DNA from: Botryllus schlosseri
Taxonomy: Eukaryota
NCBI GenBank assembly: GCA_051294905.1
Contig: CM119371.1
Coordinates: 1,552,001 to 1,616,000, forward strand
DNA: 64,000 bases
Direction: 5' to 3'
The first letter of the stretch is position 1, and each line of letters starts with the position of its first letter. The notes beneath the pieces are model-generated. The model searched no databases. It had not been told where the DNA came from and saw nothing but the letters and a program-made list of their open reading frames with translations. Both the position numbers and the translations under genes were made by a program. Positions 1-13,218 of the stretch are shown in pieces.

Positions 1-1
1 C

Positions 2-859
2 ATTTATATTAACGACATTGTTAATGCATCTTTATTCCGCACAACCCTATTTGCTGATGATACTCACCTCTTCATAACCTCTAACACTGGCAATGATTTG
101 CATGCATCCGTGAATAGGGAACTCCCAAAAGTATCGAGATGGCTCCAAGCAAACAAACTAAGCTTGAATGCAGATAAGACCGAGATGCTCCTTTTAAATA
201 ATGCCAATCATAGTTTCACTGTGAACATCAATCATAAACAAATCTCCATATGTGACTCAGCAAAATATCTCGGTGTCACTATTGATGCTAAAATGTCTTG
301 GAAGCAGCATATTGAATGCACAATATCAAAACTAGCTCGGTGTGTGGGAATAATGACCCGTCTGCAATCTTTGGTTTCCAGATCAATACTACGAACCATA
401 TATTTTTCTCTTTTCCACTCTCACCTGCAATATGGAATCGTAGTATGGGGAAGTGCATGCAAAACATTTCTGTGCAGAATTCGAACCCTGCAAAACCGTG
501 CGATACGGCTGATCTCATCTGTACCTTTACGTACCAATTTATCGCCTTACTACCGTAAGCATCGAATTTTGCGAGTTGATGAGCTATATCGCTTCGAAGT
601 ATCAAAAGTTGTTCACAAATATTTTTCCAATAGTCTGCCTCCTGTGTTTGATGACTTTTTCATACCTGCTAAAAATGTCCATTCCCATTACACGAGATCC
701 TCGTCAAAGGGAAATATCTACTTACCCCCACCCAATAGCAACCTAACTAAGAGATCTATCGACTACTCGGGACCTATCATTTGGAATGCATTACCACCAC
801 ATATCCGTGAATTGCCTTATGATAGATTCAAAAAAGCCCTACTTGATCACCTCTTATCG
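2..859 (+). pseudogene. LINE ORF2 reverse transcriptase, C-terminal part (5' end outside window); true stop at 2438-2440
   Basis: Frame from base 2 reads IYINDIVNAS...LFADDTHL...WLQANKLSLNADKTE...KYLGVTID...LQYGIVVWG...YSGPIIWNALP, typical CR1/L2-group RT motifs. The last 22 aa of the listed ORF (QWFPTFF...) are read-through into the MITE. Confidence 0.9.
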
Positions 860-1245
860 CAGTGGTTCCCAACCTTTTTCATCTCGTGCCTCCCTTGGCC
901 GAAATTTGAGCCAAAATTCCCCCCTTAGGAGAAATCTGCCCGATGATTAAAAAAGGTGATTTTTAACCGCGCAATCACCGGTTGACCGAAGAATAAGACG
1001 GGCGGTACGGAGTGTTTGTTTCTAGCAGTGCTGTAGCAACACTTTGTAGACCTCCAAAAACAATGGTCTTGGTCCCAATCAAACAAATTCTGGAAGGCTT
1101 GACTCAACAGACCCCATTTTTCCATTTGTGTTTTCGGCTTATTATGCACTAATCGCTAATATAACCGCTGTGAAAAATCAGTATGCATAAATGTACTGGT
1201 CTCGCGATTTTTTTCTCAAGTAACTAAGTAAGTGGCCTTCCTATT

Positions 1246-1471
1246 TGTTTGTTTGTTTTGGGGTATTCATGGTGTTTGTCGACTACCATGGTCATTTACA
1301 CCAGGCCGATATTTATCTTATCTTCCGTAACTGCCGACTTATAGCATGGCCCACCTCTAGGCTTTTTGTAAGACACCGCTGACGCGGATGAGGTGGCGAC
1401 CTCGGTCGGACTCGAACCCGTACCCATTGGTGTTGCAGCCGCGGATTATACCACTGCACTATCTCGCCACT
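1246..1471 (-). mobile_element. tRNA-derived SINE (Cys-like head), full length
   Basis: Minus strand starts GGCGAGATAGTGCAGTGG (A box), CTGCAAC (anticodon GCA), GGTTCGAGTCC (B box), then a tRNA-unrelated body and an (AAAC)n tail. 13-bp TSD TGGCCTTCCTATT at 1233-1245 and 1472-1484. Confidence 0.85.
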
Positions 1472-1484
1472 TGGCCTTCCTATT

Positions 1485-1826
1485 GGAATTTCGTCTATTG
1501 GTCCTGGTACTCGAAAATGCGACAATAAACTGCTCAAAGTGAAGAAAATTAGCATATTATAAATCAAAATCATTCAATATTACCAAACAGAGTTATAAAA
1601 AGTGAGTCTAACAAGACTTCAACTGGAAATTGAGCAGTCAGCACAATGACTTGGACTCGGACTCGAGTCATAATAAAATGAATCTGACTCGAACCTACGC
1701 TCGGTGACTTGGCTCGTCGGACTTGACTCAATAGTGAATTGAAAATGACTCGACTTGATTCGAGTCAAAACTGTTTAAGTGAGATTGACTTGTGACTCGG
1801 AGCCTCGTGACTTGGTTACAGCCCTG
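1485..1826. mobile_element. Partial MITE of the GACTCGAGTC-rich hAT-like family
   Basis: Clustered GACTC/GAGTC motifs ending in GACTTGGTTACAGCCCTG; similar to 14670-15000 and, inverted, to 16855-17190. Confidence 0.7.
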
Positions 1827-4800
1827 ATACATACCGTGATATATAACATACACGTAATCAGATTTCCTGCTTGAGCTCATTGAAGTTTAGGACACTCATT
1901 CTGTTTCGGCAACATTGCACCAAGTTTAACATGCATTTTTTTCGATCGAGTAGCTGTTCACTAAAAATAAAGGCAGGCTAGCGATCTCTTTGACTTGAAT
2001 CGATGGCGTTGGAATATTTTGTCACTTTATGAAAATGTTGACTTGAAAATATAAGATAAATACATTCGTTAGAGGCCTTGTTGTGATAGATTCGGCAGGA
2101 CATTTGCTCGCTTAGAATATATTTGATTGAGAGGCCGTCTCTGGCCTACAAAATTGTCTTGCGAAATGCAGCACATCTGGAACTAGTTTAAAAAAACAAG
2201 GAACTTGTATGTGAGAAAGAGATTTCATATAGCATTTGAACATACTTTCAGCAAAAAAAAAAACAGCTATAAGGAGCATACGTTCTGATATGACTGGTTG
2301 ACTACATGACAGTTCGGACATGAACAATTTGGGAAATCCGTTACAATTCTGAAGTGGAATTCCTCCCTAAAAATTGCAAAATTCCCCCCAAGGGGGGAAT
2401 TCCTCCCCGGTTGGGAAACACTGTCTTATCGTTACACTAACACTGTTGCCCTACCTCGCCCAGACATTGCTTCATTGATCATTTGCTACCATCGTTTAAT
2501 TTTTCTTCTATTTTATTTTTTTAACTACTGTAACTTTTTTTACAGCCAGACTGTTTAGAGTCAAGTGTACATATTTGATGCTGGTGTGATCAGACTAGAT
2601 GACCCTCACGGTCTTATCGATCATTCCTATCTAATACCGAATACTGTGCATGCATATTTTCTGTACCACCACCACTGCCGAGTGTTATGTATTTTGGTTT
2701 GATGAAAAATAAAGACTCTCTCTCTCTCTCTCTCTTACTCGGCGTCTCAAAACTGTAGCCGCCAAACGCCATCTAGCGTCACCAGCTCAGCCGCCAAACT
2801 CCGTACAGATATTCGGCCGCCGCGCGGCGTTTGGCGTCTGGCGTTTGGCCTCTGAGCGGGTTTAACCCCTGTTGCAGCTGATAGTGAAGTTGCCTATAAA
2901 ATTTCTAACCACAGCAAACCTAAATTGTCTTGTGCCGCTAGTGCGGTATGATCGGCCATACTCTATCCACAATGCGAGCAACCGCAATAATATTTTGACA
3001 GTCACAATAGGTGTGAACACACTAAAATTCCACTCGTACCAAGTTTGTTCGACACCAACGTGGGAACAGGGTCCAACTACGACCCAACTGAACTTGCTGG
3101 TCTACATTCTGATTCATCAACTTTATTGATCGCTGACCCCTTCAACTTTACTTGCGCGTAATCGTAAAATCGCTCGATGTACGTGAGGCATTAGTGCCAT
3201 CACACAGGTGTAAGGCCGGCGTCAAATCAATAGCACTCATTCAGATCGATATATTTACTTCATGTTCAATTTAGTTATTTTCCTATGCACAATGTTATTA
3301 CTGCAAAAGATGCGATGCGAATCATCGACATTTAAAAGAACTATAAGGGGTATTCCCTAAAGCGAGACATGTTTGTTTCTGACGCCATAGAAAATTGAAA
3401 TGAGGCAGACATGGATAAGGTGGAGTGCAAATAACTTCGAAGAAAGGGGGTTCTCGAATCCCGACAAATGAACAGAAATTTCAATAAAATTTGACTTTAG
3501 ATGATTGCCTCCATTTTACAGCCGGCTAACTTCCCAATTTTCGCGCGCAAGGGGGTGAAATTGCCCATCTGCCATCTCGACAACTACTATGGTCGTACAG
3601 CTCAAAAGCTGCGAAAACATGTGTCTATCTGTCTTAAGTAGAAAGTTTTCTCTATTGTCTAGTGGGCAACCACCTTTTCCAAACAACTTACGTGTCAACA
3701 ACTTACATCTCAAGCATATTTGTTGATGGTGCAAAATCAAAAACATACAGCGGTTTCGATACTTATGGTTTTGCATTGACAATCATGCAGTAAAAAGTGA
3801 AAGGTTAATAACACCGTTTTACAAGGAAGAGACGAATTTGCTTATCAATCTTCTTGGCTAGCGTGAAGTGCACATTTATAATAAGAATCTGTCCCGTGCT
3901 TCTACGAGTTGTGAATTAGGCTATATTGGGATTTCACTTGTGAATTTCAATACCTTTCAGTGATAACATTGGCTGGCTGGCAGACTTCTGATGAACCTTC
4001 TAATTACAACAATGTAATTACATGTTTGTGCAATGCAGAGTCCGGTTGAAACTATCAACTGTATTTCGGCTATTGTGTTTCTTATGAAGGAAATACGACT
4101 TCATCGTTTTCTATATTCCATCTATCTATATTCTATAATAGCATTCACCTATTACTGGTCTGTCAGGATTTCTAGGCCAATTGTAAACAGTTACATACAA
4201 ATCTTGTAGTAATATGACGTAGGATAAGTCATACGAGATGAGCTGCTGATATCACTTATTCACTACATATGATGAACTGCAACTGCCATATGATCAGGAC
4301 GGAATACAAGGAAACGCATTGCTCTATCAAGTATGCCGGACCCCAATCGTGGAACATCTCGCTGGGTATCAGACAGTCGTCGAGCATGTCCGTATTCAAG
4401 TCGAAATACAAGCGATTTCATCCGACTGAAAACTAGTCAGCATCCAGGATCACCGGACCACGAACTAGCATATCGATCTTGCCTTCCGCCACATGCCACC
4501 TCATTTTGTTGCTTGCCTTTTATATTCTCAGCCTTACTTTTCATTCGGAGTGCATCTCTCTTCTCTACTTCGCCTAGGCCAAGGTGGGGGTCTGATTTCA
4601 AAGACTATTCCAAGTCGTTTCGGCATCGGTACCTTTCTATCTTTTCGTGTTTTGATATGATGAAAATATTAATAAAGCTGATCCTGACAATGATATCACT
4701 TCGTTATATATTCAAAACACAACATGATTGCAAGGCAATGAAAAGGTACATCGCCTAAGAAAATGATGGCAGTAAGACAGAGCTGCTTGACAGCCGCAAA

Positions 4801-7800
4801 CAATTAAAGCAGCCATTCATTACTGACCATATTACCATAACAAAAATGGCTTAATACTTTACGGATAGCTGCAATTTCTGAAAGTATTTACCGTTATTGT
4901 CATACATATTTCACCTAGTTGTTATGACATACACTGATAAAAGTGATCCGAATACATCCTCGACCTACTTCCTACTGAATAGGCATAGCTAGTTTTTGTT
5001 CTTTTCATGTTTTTTCGCAAGGTATACAACACTGACTCAAGTAGGTTAGCAATGGCACGATATAGTTTCACACGATCTGTGCATGTGCAATATCAACCGA
5101 TTCTTATCGCTGAAATTGATGAGAATTTGAGTAGAGGCGCACCATTCTGGCGTTTTCCAGTTCTCTTGCCATTGTTGCGTTTCATGGTTTCAACGCTATA
5201 GCATTACTCGCGGGCTAGCAGGCCGGCCAATATCATTTCCGAGCAGAACATTGAAATTCCACGATTCTTCTATCTGGAATATCTTGGCCTTTTTGGATGT
5301 CGTTTCGGCAAGTTCTTATTCTCTTTGGAACGTTGCATCACATTGCATTGCATTCACTTAGTTTGTCTGCAAATAAACGAGGGGTTAACACTATATCGGG
5401 TCTATCGCAGTTTGAAAGAAATATCGGTATTTGCCATTGGAGGTAATAAATATCGCCAATTTTCATGGCATCGCAAAACACAGTAGTAGGATTCAGAGAA
5501 TTATAATTTACAAAGGCTATACTGAGAATATCGATCTATTTCTTATACCTTACAGGTGAAAGTGGTCAAGTAGTCATTGTACGTGCTCAAGTAGAACTAT
5601 TGTCATACAATCTCGAGTCCAAGCATACCATATTTACCAGGTATGATACGCCTCAACGCAGTGGTTCTCAACCGCCGGTGCCAATCCGCGATGACATTCC
5701 TGCCGGTCCACCAGGTATATTACAATTTTATCCCTTAATTTCATGATGCAATGTTGAAGGATTGTCCATTGATAAAATAAATACAACATCAAATTTTAAA
5801 CTTATTCAGAATATCGTGAGGTAACATTAGGGCTGGGAACATGTTTAAATTGACTTTAAGTTCAAGACGTAGGCTATCCTTTGACGACATGCGATCGACA
5901 AGTACAGGACGGATACGAGCTGACTCATCGCTAAACAGTGTAGTTTGCACGATCATTCACATTCGATTCATTCGTTTTGTGCAGGACTGCAACTGGGGCA
6001 CCCCAAGCCGCCAAATTGCAGAGGCGCCGAGTTTGAAAATGACCAAAATTATTTGGCAAATGAGCATAAATCATAACGTATCTTTTGAAACTTTTTCCAA
6101 CATTTTCAAATTTATTTTCGCGCATTGCACGATTTAGGGTCACTAAATGTCTTGCTTATTAGGTTCCATTCTCCGAGAAATACGCATGATTTATCGAAAC
6201 CGAGATTTTGGCGTCAGCCATTACCGCGCCACGCCGTACCAACACATATTGAAGTTTAGGCTAACATGTGACTCCGAAAGGTGTTTCGAAAATTCGGCAG
6301 CGAGAAAACCGATTCAGTCCTGAATGATCGAAAATTTTCGCTAGTGGCGCGATTAAGCTACATTTTACATAAACTCTCTGCTTATACTGAGTAGAATGAA
6401 TGTGCTCACAATCACAAGTATAGGTGAAAAGATCGACCCAACTGGAGGGTCTTGGAACGGTGCCCCCCGGAAGTTTGGCTTATCGCACTGTGGGGGCCCA
6501 AAACCCACGATTTTTGGGGTCGACTGAAGAAGTGCTGTTTTGGCCCGGATTTGCGAATGGCCCGTATAGCTGCTGTAAAGTGTATTCTTGCGGTACGCAT
6601 TGTGTTCGTAGTTGCTAGAGTAACCTGCGTCTGGTGGTAGTGGTGATTCGACTGACTCCGAAATGTTTCTTCTCACGATATTGTCAAAGAGAAGAATATT
6701 ATTTGAGTTGGCGTGAAAGACTATGAACGACTTTCGGCGGTAGCACTTTTATCTGGACCGATTTTAGCAGCAGACTCGCTAAGCTACCATAAAATCACAC
6801 GAAGATAATTAATTACGAATCCTCTAAATGTCACTCTGTAACACCATATAATTCCTAAATACGGTGGCATATATTTTACATTTTGGCTTCATTTCAATTT
6901 TTAAAGTTCACCGGTTCGCCTGACATTTTTTGACTTTGACTTGACTTGACTCGAGCCAAAATGCGCAATGAATCAAGATGACTCGTGACTCGAAGGTAGT
7001 GACTTGATCGAAACACTGCTGGCTGAAGAGAGAGACATGGGATATTTTGCATCATTTACCCATGTCTCAGCAACTACATGATACTTCAATAGAGTTGTGC
7101 TACACACGGAACACCATTCCATGTCCATATTTTCGTGAATTGAGTATTTCTAAGTTCAATCTATTTGAAAAATATGTGTAACTATGACTCTAATTCTAAT
7201 CTAATTTGGAAATGAATGTCTAGGTATATCTCTAGTCTGACTTGTATCTATCATTTGAATTCCCATCAAAATTGGAAAGCTAAAATGATCTAATTGTGCA
7301 AATCAGGCCTAGCAAATCCCTGGGGTTATCGTGTGAAACCCGGTAAGGGACCACTGCTCTAAGGTAATTACTATGTATGATGGTAGTTGTGATTCTGTCA
7401 TACCTTCAATTTTTACCGTTTACACTTCTAGGGGAGTGAACTCAGAGTCGAGTTGTGGAGAAAAAGACTCGGATATTCCAGTTTGACCCGTTTGGCACTT
7501 TGGATCTTTTCACGTTTCTTCCATTCTGTTGCGTTGAGACTTTCAGCGGCTCACGTTCCTACACAGAAAACCACAAGCGGTGAATGTAGTCAATATTGCA
7601 ATTTTTTACAAGTGGTAATTGGTTAACCGGAGGTGGCTACTTTCGAAGTAGCTTCACGACGAAAGCAAAATGATTCATGACACTAACACACAATACACAG
7701 GTAGAATCTTCGTAATATTTTAAATTACCTTGACACAGGGGGCTGTGACTCACCCCAAAACTACTTTCTACTTTTTAATATTTAAATTGCAAAAGTAAAT

Positions 7801-8908
7801 AGTCTGGTCTGAAAGTAGAAGTGGAAATAACCTAAAAACATGACCACTTGAACTGCTAGTTCAAGTAGACAATATCTACTGAAAGTTTTCAGGAAACAGA
7901 ATGGATTCAGATGCCAACCGAGTGGTAATTTTCACAGCAGACCAAATCATTGAGTTGAAACAGCGAACGTGAGCTTTCAAAGTTAGTAGAAAATAGCTGC
8001 TAAAATGAGTCAAAAAGGTTGAGAATAATCAGACGATGTCCAGTCACACGGGAACTATAACATTTGGATGTTACGATGATTCATTATGATACAAATGTAT
8101 TGGAACATTACTTTGATAAAATCAGTAATGCGAACGTTTATTATACCGTACCATGCCATAGACCACATTGCAGGTCTGCCAACTACGATTTTAAATCTCA
8201 ATTTCAGAAATGTACGCGAGTTCATTAGTTACCGAATTGATTTAGAAATTTGGAACGAATTTCCTGCATCGTGTCATGACAGAGCTGATGACCTACTTTG
8301 GACTTGGCATGCATCAAGACTCAGAATACTGCAATTCTTGTGTCATACTGTGTAAAAGTTGGCCACCCTACAACTGGTACAAGGATATTTACATGTTAAA
8401 CCCAAACCTGTGACCAAGTCGCAAGGTTCCGAGTCACAAGTCCAATAAACTGTTGGGCTATAACTTCGGCTCAAGTCAAGTCAAATCATTTTCAATTCAC
8501 CACCGAATCAAGACCAACTGCTAGTGAGGAAGCAATGCGCCGAGCCTGAGTCATTGTGTTGAGACTTGAGTCGAAGCGAGTCATTTTGCGTGTTTAAGAA
8601 AATAACTTGACTCAAGTTGTGCTGAACGAAAAATTGTGACTCGAGTCATTACAACCCTGCTAAAACCTAAGATGACTGATTAAAAAATTGTTATTTTTTA
8701 TTGTACTATTTGGAGACCACTGAGAGTATGATTAAGTCCAGCCCACAACAAGGTTTCAATACCAAAGTGAGAGACAAGGCGCTAATTTTCGTTTGTATAT
8801 TCCTATAATGTTGAATTGCATAAAATCTGGAGGCAGTTTCATGCTATCGTGAAGAATGGGGATATTAATTGCGAGGGATATATAGAGCAGACAACAAGAT
8901 GGATAAAA

Positions 8909-9531
8909 AGGGCTGTTCAAAACAATTTTTTTCTTTGGAATTACACTGACTACTTGATAAAATTATGTCGGCTAAAACAACGCAGCACATCAAATTTGAC
9001 TCAATTCCAACCCCAGTAGAAGCAAAATTCTTGTAGTAGAAAGTTTTGAATTTATCATTAAAAAAATTAAACACTTTCTTCTGACCCCATAAAATTGTTA
9101 GGCTGTCAATATCGATGATGCACACCAATTTTGGCTCAATTCCCACTACTAGAAGCCTAGTTATTGTGGTAGAGAAATTTGGGTTAGAATAAAATAGTAT
9201 TTACGGTGACTAACTCTTGATTTGTTATTTCTTATAAAATCATGGAATTAGAAATTTTGCTACTTCAATAACTTCGCTTCTAGTGGTTTTAATTGAGCCG
9301 AATTTGGTATGCATCATCTCTACTGGCAACCTAACAATTTTATAGAGTAGACAGATCAATTTTCAAATATATTTTTCATATGATAAATTTTTAAAAAATG
9401 ACGGCAAGAATCTCGCTTCTACTCGTTCGAATTGAGTCAAATTTGGTGTGCAGCTTTGTTTTAGGCAACATAATAATTTTATTCCGTAGCAAGTGAAATT
9501 GGAAAGAAAAAAATTGTTTTTGAACAGCCCT
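8909..9531. mobile_element. Palindromic MITE with AGGGCTGTTCAAAA termini
   Basis: Ends AGGGCTGTTCAAAACAATTTTTTT / AAAAAATTGTTTTTGAACAGCCCT with long internal imperfect inverted repeats. Related copies at ~24180-24290, ~52546-53560 and ~60230-61077. Confidence 0.75.
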
Positions 9532-12379
9532 AATGGAGATAGAGGCAGGCATTGATTAATACTATTCTGGTCGAATAGTGCTCCAGTTAGAGTGGAGATA
9601 ATACTCCCTAGTAGAGTTGAGATACTGCTTAGTGGATACCATTGATGCTATTCAAGTATATTGGTGAAATAGTTACTGGCAGCGCAGAGTCGAGATTGTT
9701 ACCGAAATTGATGCTACTCCAGTTTAGTTGTGACATTGTCCATCGGTGGCATTGTCGACATTGACTACATAGCTACACCCGCATTTTTACGGATCTCCAA
9801 ATATAGGGGCCTACAGTGTCACTTTGAAACTATATTTTGCAGTATCGAGAGATATATGCCGGGAAATGTGCTGTTTGAAAATACAAGTGTCATAAATATG
9901 AAAAGCGCTTGTAAATGTGTTCGGAGGTAGAGAATCACCGACTGTTTTCACACGGCTATGGACTGCATCATTATTACTAATTCAAAGAGGAGGGAGGAAA
10001 TCATTCCCATAATTCGAATTTTTCGTTGGCTTGAGCCAAGGCATTTACTTTGAAAATGGAAGTGGCATATGACTCGACTCGACTGGAGACGATTCGTATA
10101 TTGACTCGACTAGTACTCGAGTCGTGGGGTATGATTCGACCAACACATATGACTCAAGACATTCTATATGACTTGATTCAAGTTCACGTAACAGGTTGAG
10201 GAACTGTTTGGGACTCGAGTCTTGTCATGAATCGAGCTATTACAAGTCTGAATTTGCTACTGTTCATTATCGGCTAATGGAAAAGATGATTGTCGCAATT
10301 TGAAATTTACTAACAAATTAGTACCTCAAGCCGACGGTGCATTGTCTCAATCTACTTATTAATGCTGCCGACACAAGTACTGTTCAGAACTACCGCATTG
10401 AAATATTACTTCAAGTAGTTGCAACAAATCTGGTAAATCGCTTGTAATTGCTTAAAAATGAACAGAATTACTGCTAAATCAATCGCCAGATAGCGTGTAA
10501 AGCTAGAGCCAGGGCAGTAATGACTCCACCCGAGTCGGACTCGAGTCATTATCTTAAAATTGGAAAATGATTCGATTTCAGTCACTTCGTCTTTTGACTC
10601 GAATCGAGTCATTTTCAAATTTCAAGACATTGACCGTGTGTGAGTCATTTAAAAAATTGCAAATGACCGTTTTGTGAATTTTATTGAAGTTTGAGAACCA
10701 CTGGGTTACAAGAACATAATTGTATTGCGCCTTCAATGTCGATCTCAATTCCAATTGTGTCTTGAAAAGTATGTCGCGGTATTAAGCTCACCTCGTATTA
10801 CAATAGAAAATGCCGTTGGTTGAAAGTTGCAAATTGCTTGAATCTGATTGATAAAAAGACCTTGTCTGTAATGACAAAGAAAAGATACTTCGATTCAAAA
10901 TCGACTCAAATTCAAACTTTACAGTCAACCAATGTGTTGCGACTTTTTGTTACAGACAGAAGTAATCATATCGGTGGTGATGTCACAGAATAAAAAACTC
11001 TCCTATCCGAGATCATTGATTTGGCGATCAAAGAAAATCTGAACTTACCCATATGGTGTCTTTCAGTCTGTTAGACATTGATGTTCGTCAGATTACATCT
11101 GATCGGTTTAGATTGCCGTACGAATGTCTTTATGATCCAACTGATGAGCATCGTAGGAATGGGACTTAAAATGATATGTCACGTGATGATCTTCCATAGG
11201 CAAGGTCTCTGTTAGAAGAGGGACGACGTCGAAATTTGACAAGGTCATTTCAATTCCCATACACATGATGTAGGTTGACACACAAAAGGTATGATATAAT
11301 TGCATATTGGAGGGTGTGCGATCTAACTTCCTACTGACCATGGTAGCATACAGTAGCGCAGTGTATTTTAAGATTCAACACACCATGAACAGCATACATA
11401 CAACACACAATTCAATGACATATAGTAATTTCATATATAGAATGTTACTTGGAAGTATCCACTGAGAGAACAGACTAACGGAATATGTGACTTTTCTCAT
11501 TAAGGAAGACACTGATTCTTCATTTGTATGACGAACTTACACTCATTGAGAACCATGAGATGCAGTTCATCCATTTTTCAAGATTCATTCCAACTTTACG
11601 TTTTTCTTGACAGTTAAAGAGAGACATCTGAAAATATTAGGTGCAATAAAGATGAATAGCTCTTTGCTGCTCTTATATAAATGTGCTCCGATTAAGAGGA
11701 GAACTGACTGCTTTCACATAGCTATGTAATGCCTTATTAATACCGATTTTAAGTGGAGAAAAGAAATGATTCACATAATTGAAATTTTTTGTCAACTTGA
11801 CTTGAGTCGAGCAATTTTCTTGAAAAATGGAAATGGAAAATGACTCGAGTCAACTTGAGACACTTTATGTGTGGTGTCAACTTGTAGGCCTACTACAGTC
11901 ATTGCACAAGTCTCAATGAAGTCATATGACTCAAACATTATATACAACTTGATTGAAGTCTCGTGTATCAGGATCAATACTTGAGTCTGCGACTCGAGTC
12001 AAGACGAGTCAAGTCATGACTCGATTTATTACAAGCCTGAATGTAGCCAGGGTATTGTCATAAAAGGATATTGTTACGAAAATCTTGTCTATTCGCGTTT
12101 TTGTTGCTCATTATCAGTTACTCAAAAAGATGATTCTTGCCATTTTAAAAGCTAGTACTGGGAAATTATTACCAAAAGCCTGCGTCTCATTCAGACAATC
12201 TATTTGGTGAAACAACTTATACTCAAGTACTCATCAGAACTTCCACTTTTGAATATTACTTCAAGTAGTTGTAACAAGTCTCAAATCACCCATAATTAAC
12301 GAGAAATTAAGGGGTCGACTTCAGACTTCCTACCAAGTGTCGGAGATTTATCTAGGCTCCCCCTTGTCATATCATCTGT

Positions 12380-12517
12380 GTAAGCAGTGTCTTATAAAAG
12401 CCCAGACGCGGGCCGTGCTACAAGTCGGCAGCTAAAGGATAGAAATGAAGAAAATTGGCCTGGTTTTAATGACCATGGTAATCAACAAACACCATGAACA
12501 CCACAAACAACAACATA
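12380..12517 (+). mobile_element. Degenerate copy of the tRNA-derived SINE (body and tail)
   Basis: AGTCGGCAG...GGCCTGGT..AATGACCATGGTAATCAACAAACACCATGAACACCACAAACAAC matches the reverse complement of 1250-1380. Confidence 0.7.
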
Positions 12518-12650
12518 ATTACTTCTACTTCAACCTCAAGATAGTGCAAGGCTAGAGCTAGAGCTAGAAACTGTGTTTACCTGTAGTCATACACATGTTA
12601 GGAGTGAAAAGAATGAGTATATCATGGTTTTTACTGGTGCTGCCAACAAC

Positions 12651-13218
12651 CAGTGTTGGGATGACTCGAGTCACTTTTTTCGTATGACTTGACTTGACTT
12701 GGCGTGTCAGAAATGTGGTTTGACTCGTGACTTGGAGAAAAGGTTTCGAGTCAATTTCAAGTAGTCAAGTGACAGTGTCGATAAAAATGGCTGATCTTGC
12801 ATATATTCGAATTGTTCTCGATACGCTGGTGTGACATGTAAGAGTGAGCAGTCACTATTTTGAATGAATATTATAGATTGAGGCTATACGGTTATTTGAG
12901 TACTTTATCAGTTCTACGCATGCGTGGGCGATACGAAGCCTTTTTTTTACATGTATATTAAACTAGGTATAGTCGTCCCACGGTTCCAAACTAATGGCGA
13001 CTTCCAAACAGCTACCGGTATCAAAATGCGATGACGCAATTATGCTTCGTACTTCAAAAAATCCACTTGAATTGAACTATGACTTGACTCGTGACTTGAC
13101 TTAACTCGACATAACTCCAGCCACCTTTGAAAATAGGATGACTTGACCTGACTCGAGTCAAATGTCAATGACTTGAAATGACTCGTGACTCGAAGGTAGT
13201 GACTTGGTTCAAACACTG
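12651..13218. mobile_element. hAT-like MITE, GACTCGAGTC-rich family
   Basis: CAGTGTT...AAACACTG termini; 8-bp TSD CCAACAAC/CCGACAAC (7/8 match); subterminal GACTC/GAGTC clusters. Relatives at ~6930-7018, 8405-8660, 10060-10250, 10509-10670, 11790-12038, 14560-15000 and 23623-23780. Confidence 0.8.

Larger units (their letters stand above)
860..2423. mobile_element. Non-autonomous hAT (Charlie-like) element
   Basis: TIRs CAGTGGTTCCCAACC / GGTTGGGAAACACTG; perfect 8-bp TSD TCTTATCG at 852-859 and 2424-2431. Confidence 0.9.
1..2734 (+). mobile_element. 3' part of a non-LTR retrotransposon (CR1/L2/Crack group LINE), interrupted by a hAT MITE at 860-2423
   Basis: RT C-terminal coding sequence at 2-859 resumes after the MITE at 2432-2440 (TTA CAC TAA). 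A 3' UTR follows, then AATAAA (~2708) and a (TC)n tail ending ~2734. Confidence 0.85.

Noticed and set aside
860..928. C-terminus of ORF 98-928 as genuine RT sequence
   Set aside because: It lies inside the hAT MITE TIR; the real end is at 2432-2440.
1395..1468. Functional tRNA-Cys gene
   Set aside because: It continues into a repeated body with an (AAAC)n tail and TSD and has no oligo-T terminator, so it is a SINE head.
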